Below are positions 1-9,367 of a stretch of 64,000 nucleotides of DNA, in pieces; positions within the stretch are counted from its first letter, which is position 1; each line of letters begins with the position of its first letter. Source of the DNA: Eledone cirrhosa (Eukaryota); assembly GCA_964016885.1 (NCBI GenBank), contig OZ024743.1:151776001-151840000 (forward strand). Direction: 5' to 3'. Both the position numbers and the translations under genes were made by a program. The notes beneath the pieces were generated by a model that saw only the letters and a program-made list of their open reading frames with translations, did no database searches and had not been told where the DNA came from.

Positions 1-2
1 CG

Positions 3-904
3 AAACCCACAGTAAAAAAATGCGATAGACCCAACTGTGGCATATGCATTAACCTAATAGAGGGTTCGGAATTCTATTTCAAAGAAAGACAACGTTTTAT
101 AGTAAAACACAATTTCACATGCGCATCAGAAAATCTGATATATGTATTAACTTGCTCAGGTTGTCGAGAACAATACATAGGCCAGACCAAAAACAGCCTC
201 CGCCAACGCATGACTGTCCATAGATCCCAAATTAAAATATGGGAATACAGGAAAATACCACTGAGTGGACACATTGATACCTGTGCCGCCAAAAATCATC
301 CCAACTTTAGAATCTTTCCCCTCTACAAATTTAAAGATAATGCCACCCACACCCAGCGCATCAGCAAGGAATCTCACTTTATTAACAAATACGGACCCCG
401 TCTAAACACTTCTCCCTAAGACGAACCCACAACATACACACGTCAACATACATACCTACATCAGCATACATCCTACATACATCTCTATCCACATATAAAT
501 ACAATGACATACGTAAACACACATGTTCTATGGTGCAACACAAATATACACAAATTTGCATACCTTTTGATGTCTATAGATATAAACGTGCCGACACACA
601 CTCATACATATACGCACACATGCATTGCACACTGATGGGCACATACATATTTGTACACAAGTATTCCAATACGGCAGGGCCTAATGGATTCCCGTTGCAG
701 TACGTACAATATGGACACTCACACACACCTTGGTGTTATGACAGTACTATATATCATTTCACACCGCTTATTATTAATGTTTTTAATGTTCTCTTGAGAG
801 AATCGTTTTTGCTGAAAATATCGAATAATGTACACCGTTTTTACCAGTATCACAAAAGTACTGGTGTCCCCCCCTCCCACACACACATACACTAACATAC
901 AACG

Positions 905-939
<35 letters not shown>

Positions 940-1430
940 TCTCCGTATAAGACAAGAGCTGAAAAATATATTTCAACATGTTAAAATATCCCCCACACAC
1001 GTACAGACACATTCCTACTGACCGATTCCTCTACCACGAATTATTTTTCAGTGACTTCTCAATCAGGCGAAAAAGGACACTCTTAGACAAATCTACATTT
1101 GGCGCAAAATCAATTTTTAACATTCACGTGACCTCTACCGACCAATAAAAATTGTTTTGACCACAAGAATTTTTGCAACACGAATTGGTGCGAAACTTAT
1201 TTTAATGCCTCTGGAGCCACTTTTTTCACATAAAACAGGTAGAATTTCCAAAACTGATCAGATTAGAGCAAACATCACGGGCACTCTATCTCAAAATTAT
1301 TTTTGAAAAGCATTAGAAATGCACAACCGGTAAAAACTTAAACTAAAACTGAATACTAACCAATACTTATTACTAATTAAACTATTTTTCACTGGGAACA
1401 ATTTGTCAGCATTTTCTTTTCCTTTTACCA
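3..1430 (+). mobile_element. Penelope-like element (PLE), 3' part: GIY-YIG endonuclease (3-419) plus A/C-rich 3' UTR/pLTR
   Basis: Open frame from base 3 reads KKCDRPNCGIC...NFTCASENLIYVLTCSGCREQYIGQTKNSLRQRMTVHRSQI...KESHFINKYGPRLN*, i.e. a Cys knuckle plus GIY-YIG motif. The element is cut by the window edge. The downstream A/C-rich UTR ends at (TA)n near 1430; this 3' boundary is approximate. Confidence 0.85.
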
Positions 1431-2139
1431 ATATATATATATATGTATATACGTATATATATACATGTGTGTATACTTATGTGTGTGTGTGTAAAGGCAT
1501 ACATATATACATGTGTGTATACTTATGTGTGTAAAGGCATACATACTTCCTGGGGAATGACCTGATTTGACCACCTACAAAGACCTACATTTTCACTTTC
1601 TTAGAATCTAGGCATCATACATTGTTTAAATCCACCCATTCCATATGCCAAAACTCCCTTCTCCATAGTTGAAGGCAATTACTTATGATACATAGTTAAC
1701 TGGTTTTATGAATTTTATGAATGATTCTTAATTACAATGCTACTCGTCTTATATCCTACCCCTCAGGATACGTGTGAGGTGGTTTATTTATTTTTTTATG
1801 TGTGTGTGTTTGAGTGTAAATTTGTGTATCATCAAACTGATATTTCCAAATCAATATGTGTATGTAGGCACTTTTCTGTATGTGTGTTTCAATATGTGCA
1901 TATAACTACATATATATTTGTATGTATGACTGAAAAATATGTATCAAATTATTAGTACTAGGATGAGTGTGTGTGTGTGTATGTATTAGGATTTTTTTGA
2001 CCAACCTGTAACATTATTTTCTCTGACCCACTTCAGCCTGTTCAACATGCTTTGGCTCCTTACACTTCCAAACCCCATCTAACCCACACATGAGCATCCC
2101 CAACTCACACATGATGGCCAAAGGAAGTATAACCTTCAT

Positions 2140-2303
2140 AGGGTCGGACGCCATGCTTTCCAGCATAGTTACGTCCCTTTACGATCTGAGTTCAAATCCC
2201 GCCGAGGTTGACTTTGCCTTTCATCCTTGCGGGGTCGATAAAATAAAGTACCAGTAATGCACTGGGTAATTGCTGGCCTTGTGCCTAAAGTAGAAACAAT
2301 TAT
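2140..2303 (+). mobile_element. tRNA-derived SINE with Meta-type core (5'-truncated)
   Basis: B box GAGTTCAAATCCC followed by GCCTTTCATCCTT.CGGGGTCGATAAAATAAAGTACCAG and an ATT tail; more than 10 similar copies in the window. Confidence 0.85.
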
Positions 2304-2569
2304 ATACCTACACTGAACCTCACCACTTTCTACTTCCCCATCCCACATGTAATAAGAATATATATATCTCCTTTAATTAAGATATTAAACAAGTCAGGAT
2401 CAGATTCACTCTGGTTCAAAACAAAATTAACTCAGTAAAGTAGATACATTATGGAGAATATAGCAAACTCTACTTCATGGAGAGTTAAGCTGTTTATTTT
2501 GTATTTGTAAGCCTCATTATCATGAACACACATTACAACAACAAACAACAAGAGTTTTGCCATTTCCCC

Positions 2570-2820
2570 TGCCAGTCATCTCATTCTATTTGTCTACTTA
2601 ACATTCATCACTAGCTATATTTCCTTCATCTTCTGCAATTCACTGTTGGCTCTGATATTCATCTCATCCATCAGACCATTCTCATTTCCAGCCTTCTCTG
2701 CTGCCCCATGTCCATCATCCATGTCTCACTTCTGTAAATCATGGCACTTCTCACTAATACAGCATACACCTTTCCTTCCCTTTCAATTTCAACAACACTC
2801 AACTCCTCATTAGCACACCA
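2570..2820 (-). mobile_element. Degenerate RTE LINE ORF2 C-terminal fragment
   Basis: Minus strand reads ...KVYAVLVRSAMIYRSETW...RRLEMRMV*WM, matching the RTE motif K..Y...R..MLYGSETW. Confidence 0.6.
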
Positions 2821-3023
2821 CTATGATATATATATATATATATATACATATATATAGAGAGAGAGAAAGAGAGAGGAAGAGAGCGATAGGGAGAAAGAGA
2901 GAGAGAAAAGGTAAGGGGTTAACAGAACAGGGATGTGCAGATCATACCATGGTCTGTCAGTTGTGAAGCAGATAAAAAGACGCGCTCAACGACCTGTATA
3001 AATAGTACAAGACAGAACATTAT

Positions 3024-3349
3024 ATATTAATAAAAGATCAGAGGCTATATTCAGTTGATTGAAGTTTATTTAAGACTACATTACACATATTTCACTGAGG
3101 ACTATCGCTGTCGAATAAACAACACCACGTGTTCGACTAGCCCCATGTATCATGAAGAGTCTTTTTTGGGGGAAGTTGTTGGTTTTTTCCACGTTTGAAG
3201 GTTTCTTAGGAACTTTCTATGTTTATTTTAGGTTTTGCCATCTGAAGAGCTCAGGCTATCATAATTAATAGTCCTCAATGAAATATGTATAACAGAAATT
3301 TAAATAAACCTGAATCAACTGAATATGGGCTCCGATCTTTTATTAATAT
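3024..3349. repeat. ORF-less fold-back element (arms 3024-3104 and 3268-3349), probable PLE pLTR remnant
   Basis: About 80-bp imperfect inverted arms (ATATTAATAAAAGATC...GAGGACTAT and its reverse complement); degenerate hammerhead-like CTGAAGA...GAAATATGTA at 3242-3289. Confidence 0.65.
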
Positions 3350-3429
3350 TGCCTTTCATCCTTACGGGGTCGATAAAATAAAGTACCAGTAATGCACTGG
3401 GTAATTGCTGGCCTTGTGCCTAAAGTAGA

Positions 3430-3435
<6 letters not shown>
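3348..3435 (+). mobile_element. Meta-type SINE, 3' half
   Basis: GCCTTTCATCCTTACGGGGTCGATAAAATAAAGTACCAG...GTAGAAACAA. Confidence 0.85.
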
Positions 3436-3462
<27 letters not shown>

Positions 3463-3655
3463 CTTCTTCTTCTTTGGCTGAGTTTACACTTGCAAAGATT
3501 CAGCACACTTTCTCCAATCATCCCAGTTGAGCATGAGATTTCTCAGTTCATCGATGTTTTCAATGTTGGCATCTCTCAGCAGGGTATCAATGAACAAGAT
3601 GGCCTGTCTTCTCACACTTCTTCGTCCGAGCGCTGGTTTCCAGAGCACAAGTTTA
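3463..3655 (-). mobile_element. RTE-clade LINE 3' end fragment
   Basis: KLVLWKPALGRRSVRRQAILFIDTLLRD...ELRNLMLNWDDWRK followed by a (GAA)n tail. Confidence 0.65.
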
Positions 3656-3747
3656 TATATATATATATATATAAAGAAACCATTAATATACATATACAGT
3701 TGAATGAATGAAGCAGTTACAAGCCGTTAAAACAAGTTCTTTATATA

Positions 3748-3790
3748 AATCTTACATAATGTTTCACCCACATGGGCTCATCAGAGAAAT
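3748..3790 (-). ncRNA. Type I hammerhead ribozyme motif
   Basis: Reverse complement: TCT-CTGATGA-GCCC(ATGT)GGGT-GAAAC-ATTAT-GTA-AGA. Complete core, stems I/II/III and a GUA cleavage triplet. Confidence 0.85.
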
Positions 3791-4608
3791 GTTTGTTAAA
3801 ATAATATCATCAATAAATATAAGTACAGTCAGAGCAGGTTGAAGATTTTCCCATTAGATTTATGTCAGCGTGCATGGTAGACGAACATATTAATAGCGTC
3901 AGTGAAAGGGGCATAATCACCCAAGTGAGGCAACTGCATGGTGTAAAGGCAGAAAGGCACCTTAGAACATTTTGTATATCCCAGCTAAAGGGATGGTTTA
4001 GCAGAGTGGGTCTAACTCAGTAGGTGATGGGCAGTGCTTAGGCAAAAGTTGGGTGGCTGGTTAATTAAATACTGTATTTAGGCCTACCTATCGTAGGAAG
4101 GATTTAATGGTGGTGTGATATAGATAGCTGTGGGGATAGGGGGTTATGCCTGATCTAGAAACCAGTTGTAGAACGAGTGTTTTAGTCTGTGTTTGCAATT
4201 TATTACCATCTCAGCTCTACTATTAATGAGCTCATGGGGTGAGCTAACTATATAATATGTTTCCATTAGGCACAGCTGACAATTCTTCCTAAAGTTGTAT
4301 GGCATTACTTGGCCTACCACTGTGTTGTGTAGCTAGTGTTAGAATTCTATTAATAGTGTAATATAATTAGCAAGGGAGGTAGTGAACCTGAGTTTCCTAT
4401 TCCTAAAAGAGTGGAGATGCGATCTAAATCTAGTCTTGAACTCACTAGAAATGGCGCCTAAATAAATCCTAGTGCTATTTTTAGTTCTTACTGTGTGTTG
4501 TTATTTCTAATGTGGCGAGGGCCGTTGCTATCATTACTACTATCATTACCACTATCACCACTATCATTATTACCACTCTGATGGTATTTATATTTATTGA
4601 TGACATTA

Positions 4609-4715
4609 TCCCGCCGAGGTTAACTTTGCCTTTCATCCTTACGGGGTCGATAAAATAAAGTAGCAGTAATACACTGGGTAATTGCTGGCCTTGTGCCTAA
4701 CGTAGAAACAATTAT
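4609..4715 (+). mobile_element. Meta-type SINE 3' half inserted into the right PLE arm
   Basis: Present only in the right arm; the left arm is uninterrupted at the equivalent site. Confidence 0.85.
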
Positions 4716-4725
4716 TTTAACAAAC

Positions 4726-4769
4726 ATTTCTCTGATGAGTCCATGTGGGTGAAACATTATGTAAGATGT
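4726..4769 (+). ncRNA. Type I hammerhead ribozyme motif (inverted copy)
   Basis: TCT-CTGATGA-GTCC(ATGT)GGGT-GAAAC-ATTAT-GTA-AGA. Confidence 0.85.
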
Positions 4770-5013
4770 ATATATAAAGAACTTGTTTTAACGGCTTATA
4801 ACTCCTTCATTCATTCATTTGTTTATACCTGCTCTGCTTGAACAATCTACTAAATATTAAACCCTCTCTAATATTTAACTCTGCCAACCCAAGCATTGAG
4901 CACATTTCGCTTTGGCTATTGGCATTTAGTAATCTGTATCTCTCTATCTCCTCCTCTCCTACGATACATATTTCCTATTATTACATATATATATATATGA
5001 ATATATGTATAGT

Positions 5014-5342
5014 ATCATCATCATTTTACGTCCCCTTTTCCCTGCATGCAAGGGTGGGACAGGAACTGATTCTGGCTTGACTTCTACAGCTGGATGCCCT
5101 TCCTAACACCAACCTCATTTATAGTGAGTGCTGGGTGCTTTTTTGCCGTGGCACCTCCATGACCACTTTGCAGTGGAATGATAGGGAACCCAGTCCCTAT
5201 CATCTCATTTCTACAGCTGAGTAAACTGGAGCAATGTGAAATAAAGTGTCTTGCTGAAGGAAACAACACATCACCCGGTCTGAGAATTGACCTCACAACC
5301 TTTCGATTGCAAGGCCAATGCTCTAACCACTAACCCATGTGC
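5014..5342 (-). mobile_element. CORE-type tRNA SINE with RTE-derived 3' tail
   Basis: A/B box head, CORE-like CAAGACACTTTATTTCACATTGCTCCAGTTTACTCAGCTGTAGAAATGAG, AGGAAGGGCATCC module and (GAT)n tail. Confidence 0.85.
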
Positions 5343-5345
5343 TAT

Positions 5346-5750
5346 ATATTTGATAATATAGTGTATGTTTATTTTAAAACATTTTGAAGAGCATTCGCTA
5401 TGAATTTCAATGTCACATACATAGTCACATACGTAGTCTCAGCAAAAGCAAAGAGGGTCACTGTTTCTCACTCATAAGCGGTTGTCAAGACTACATACCC
5501 CTTTGCTTCTGCCAAGAGTTATAGAAGCTGGATTCTTATAGAATTTCAGTTATGTTTATGAGCTGTTTAAACAGGGCGGTTGCCACCCCAGCAAAAATTA
5601 GGAATTAGTATTGGTGCTCTGAAATAGTGATGTATATATAAGAATGTAAGTATAGTATATTTGATAATATACTGTATGTTTATTTAAAAACATTTTGAAG
5701 ACCATTCGCTATGAATTTTGAAGTAGTGACTACGTCACATACGTAGTCAT
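5346..5750 (+). repeat. Unclassified repeat; direct partial duplication (5346-5440 vs 5655-5750), homologous to 20825-21190
   Basis: Shared TATATTTGATAATATA..GTATGTTTATTT.AAAACATTTTGAAGA.CATTCGCTATG. Confidence 0.6.
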
Positions 5751-5869
5751 CATCATCATCGTTGGTTTTATGTTCACTTTTTCATGCTTGCATGGGTTGG
5801 ATGCATACCATGCTGTGAAGGATCTCAGCATGGCATGCATCCACTCACCGTGTTCCTTCTTCATCTCCT

Positions 5870-6045
5870 CTTTGAGACTGACAGAAAAGGTAGACTTTGC
5901 ATGTGGCAGATGCATAGGAATAGTATGTAGTAAGAGCAGCAGTGAAATGAATCTTTTCCAATCACAGGAAGGTACCAAAAAAGCAGATCATAGTTTCTGT
6001 TACTTAAGTGACTTAATTAGAAATGGAGTATGTTGCTCTGAAAGA
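5870..6045 (+). mobile_element. RTE ORF2 fragment (end of PHD-like finger and following region)
   Basis: RLTEKVDFACGRCIG...HSFCYLSDLIRNGVCCSE. Confidence 0.7.
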
Positions 6046-6354
6046 CCTACACTTGAGTGACAATTTTCTATTCAGCGACTGCATTTGAAGATGCTCTCCC
6101 CCAGTGTTACTGTGTTGTCTTTTCTTCGAGCATGCTTTTCCTTGGCAGCAAGCTTCAGATTCTCCTTCCCCTCACTTCATTCCTTGTACATGCTGTAAAA
6201 TGATTGGCATTAGAAAGAGTAATCAGCCAAAAGAGGAATCTATAAGTATGATATGGTCACCTGACTAGTCTAGCCACGGAGCATCACAACCGGTCTTACC
6301 CATGCAAGAATGAAAAATAGACACTAAGCTGTGATGATAATGATATATATATAT

Positions 6355-6480
6355 AATTTGGGAGGGTCATGCTGCCAATAATGTTTATTGGCGGAGTGAC
6401 CCTCCCAAAGTATAACAATATCTGTATCAACACACGTTTTCACAAAAAATCTAGCAAAACAAATACAAAAACAATATATA
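6355..6480. repeat. Miniature fold-back copy of the 3' tail of the 22485-24140 PLE family
   Basis: TTTGGGAGGGTCATGCTGCCAATAA-tgt-TTATTGGCGGAGTGACCCTCCCAAAGTATAACAATATC..CAACACACGTTTTCA; matches the reverse complement of 22490-22580. Confidence 0.75.
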
Positions 6481-6646
6481 TATATATATATATGAAGGAA
6501 TTGGTAGTTTACTTAAAGCATTGTGTAGTGAGGTATAAACGTTTGAAGTTAGAAGGCCAGAACAATGCAGGTTTGGATATAGAATATAAATTCAAATGCA
6601 AAAGAAAACGCTGACAATTAGTCTTTTACCTTAATTTATTTATATA

Positions 6647-6683
6647 TCCTGATATTTCGAGATAATATCTCTTCATCTGAGGA
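6647..6683 (-). ncRNA. Minimal hammerhead-like motif with variant core CAGAUGA
   Basis: Reverse complement: TCCT-CAGATGA-A-GAGAT(ATT)ATCTC-GAAATATC-AGGA. Confidence 0.6.
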
Positions 6684-8839
6684 AAGTAAAGGGGTTAATC
6701 CAGTGTTCCGAGTGGGTTGCTAAGTCATGCTGATCGGAAGTAATATAAAATTCTATTATACTTCTAATGTCAAAGAGTGCAGGTTAAGTGGATAAAGAGT
6801 TGTCTCCCTTTAAAGGGTTTGGACATGTATGTCTAAGTGTGTGTGTGAGAGAATTACATAAAGGTGTAAGCATGTGTGTGTGTGTGTGTGTGAGGATACG
6901 TGGAGATGTAAATATGGGGGCTAGATGCTCTATCATGTTAAAAATTGGGTGTTGAGTTCTAATCTATTATTGATTGATGGTTGCGTTTTGTCTATAATTA
7001 ATGCTTCTTTAATTCTAAGATTGCCGAGGTTTCTTTCCTTAGCTTCTATCCTAACTATTATGTTTTTGTTGGTGTTTTTACATTTCTCCAGGTGTTTCTT
7101 ACATGAGGAAGCATTAGTGTTGAGCTGTTCTTTTATTCTATTGTGAAGTTGTCTGGTGGTACTACCTATGTAGAAACTGCTACATTTATCACACTCTAAT
7201 CTGTAGACGATGTATGCCTGGTGGCATAGGTCTGTGTCATCGATGGGGCAGTTGGCCAGCATGCAGCGGCTGTCTTGTCTGGTGGAGTGTCTCTTGGCTA
7301 GCTGTCCGTGTAGGAAAGGTCCTGAGTGGGCTAGCTGGATATCTAGTCCCTCTCGTCTGATAGCCCTGCGGATGGCTGTTGTAGTTTCGTCACTGAAGTG
7401 TAGGAGTTTCAGGAAGCAGGTGTTAGTGCTTCAGGTAAGGTGTCTTCTGTTGTTTCTGGCACGGTTCGCGGCGGACGTCGGGTATCCGTTCAGTTTAAGT
7501 ACTTCCAGGAAGTGTGTGGTGTGTGTGTCTCATTCTCTTGTGTCGGTGCATTTGTTCTGGATATGTGTCAGTTCGTTCCTTATGTATCCAAACTTAGCAC
7601 TGAGTAGGAGGGTTGACCTGAAATGGACGAACAGCTCCCTGCTGGTGGCTTTTTTTATAGAAGCAGGTGTGGATGTCACCTTCCTCTGTTACTCTGAGTT
7701 GGAAGTCTAATAGGGATAGGGATCCATGGTATCGGGGTGTTCCATGCTGAACTTTATATTGGCGTCCATGCTGGAGAATGTCATGTATATTTTATTCGCT
7801 TCTTCACGGGATGATGTAAGGATGAGTATGTCATCTACATATCGGGTGAAGAAGGTTTAGGAATGGCAAGTGTTGAGGGCTCAGCATTCCAGCTGGTTCA
7901 TATAAGTGATGGCCAGCAGGCCCAATAGGCTGGATCCCATGGGTAATCTTGTTGTCTGTCTATATGTGTGGTGGTGGAAGGTGAAGTATGTGTTGTCCAC
8001 CGTGATGGACAAAAGCTGGTGTATGTCTGTTGGATGGAGGCCGTAGCAGTGGACGTCTTTGGCGATCACGCAGTCCGTCAAGAAATTGACAGCTGGATGA
8101 GCAGGTACTGTAGTGTAGAGGGAGACAACGTCGAGGCTAAAGGCATATCTATTGAGTTTAAGTTGTTCTGGCTGGAGTTGGTGTAGTCTATGTATAACCT
8201 CGTCGGAGCTACTGATATGCTGGGAAAAGTGGAGAGTAAAGGCTTGAGGACCTGGGAGAGGAGCCAGGGAATTTTGTATAGGGGCGCTTCTAGAGATGAT
8301 GGGTCTTATTTGTGTCTTAGTACTATTCTTGTGGGTCTTGATGAGGTGATAGAAAGTTTCAGTCTGCTATTTCTAGTGATGAAATTAGAATTTAATTCAT
8401 TTGGGAGCTGTCTTCTACTACAGATGTCGGACCAGATGGAGTTGGCCTGTTTTTCGATCTGGGCTGCAGTTATATCCTGGACCTCTGTATACAGTTTGTT
8501 GTCGCTTAAGTGTTCAAAAGCTAGGTTGTTATATGTGGCTTGAGAGATGACACAAAATTATTTCCCTTTGTCGGATGGTAAGTATATGAGTTCCCTTTTC
8601 CGCAGGTTCTTCAGGGTGAGTTGTTGCATCCAGGAGAGGTTTGGGCTATCTTCCTCTGTTTCCGTAAAATGTTAAATATGGAATGTTTTAGCCTTGAGAG
8701 TTTTTCTTCCAGCTCGCAGTTGGCAGGCGGTGGACTTAACCTGCACTCTTTGACATTAGAAGTAGAATAGAATTTTATACTACTTCCGGTCAGCATGACT
8801 TAGCAACCCACTCGGAACACTGGATTAACCCCTTTACTT

Positions 8840-8876
8840 TCCTCAGATGAAGAGATATTATCTCGAAATATCAGGA
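8840..8876 (+). ncRNA. Minimal hammerhead-like motif with variant core CAGAUGA (inverted copy)
   Basis: TCCT-CAGATGA-A-GAGAT(ATT)ATCTC-GAAATATC-AGGA, identical to the other arm. Confidence 0.6.
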
Positions 8877-8993
8877 TATATAAATAAATTAAGGTAAAAG
8901 ACTAATTGTCAGCGTTTTCTTTTGCATTTGTATTTATATTCTATATCCAAACCTGCATTGTTCTGGCCTTCTAACTTCAAACAGACACACACA

Positions 8994-8997
<4 letters not shown>

Positions 8998-9064
<67 letters not shown>
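8998..9064. repeat. (TA)n microsatellite
   Basis: Direct reading; similar tracts at 16925-17010, 49357-49415, 49948-50110 and 50920-50978. Confidence 0.95.
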
Positions 9065-9067
<3 letters not shown>

Positions 9068-9280
9068 GGTCATTATGGTGACATGACAAAAAGACTTAAC
9101 CCACACTGTAAATGAAGTTGGTGTTAGGAAAGGCATCTATCCATAGAAATTAAACCAGAAACAGTTCTGTGTGAGCAAGACATGGTCATCTGACCCAACT
9201 TGCCTGAAACAAGACAACCCACCTAACCCATGCTAGCATGAAAAAATGAATGTTAAACAGTGATGACGATGATGATGATA
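9065..9280 (+). mobile_element. Solo RTE/SINE 3' tail module
   Basis: CCCACACTGTAAAT..GTTGGTGTTAGGAAAGGCATC...CCCATGCTAGCATG...(GAT)n. Confidence 0.7.
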
Positions 9281-9367
9281 TATATATATATATATATCAT
9301 CATCATTTTACGTCCGCTTTTCCCTGCTTGCAAGGGTGGGACTATATATATATATATATATATATAT

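Larger units (their letters stand above)
3698..4985 (-). mobile_element. Decayed PLE with inverted pLTR (arms ~3700-3835 and ~4575-4818)
   Basis: Minus strand 4160-4520 translates, with frameshifts, to IYLGAISSEFKTRFRSHLHSFRNRK..TSLANYI...PYNFRKNCQLCLME...LINSRAEMVINCKHR, a PLE GIY-YIG C-terminus. Each inverted arm contains a hammerhead motif. Confidence 0.8.
6493..8982 (-). mobile_element. PLE pseudo-element: RT plus C-terminal GIY-YIG between ~250-bp inverted pLTRs (6541-6789 and 8734-8982)
   Basis: Minus-strand motifs YLPSDKG, IKTHK..IRPIIS, SLDVVSLYTTVP, RLPMGS, TRYVDDILI, then IVYRLECDKCSSFYIGSTTRQLHNRIKE (6933-7262). Stops and frameshifts present; (TA)n on both sides. Confidence 0.92.

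Noticed and set aside
1249-1305. Possible hammerhead in the first PLE UTR (CTGATCA..TAGAG/CTCTA..AAAA)
   Set aside because: Two core positions are mutated; the position is plausible but it is too decayed to call without a family consensus.
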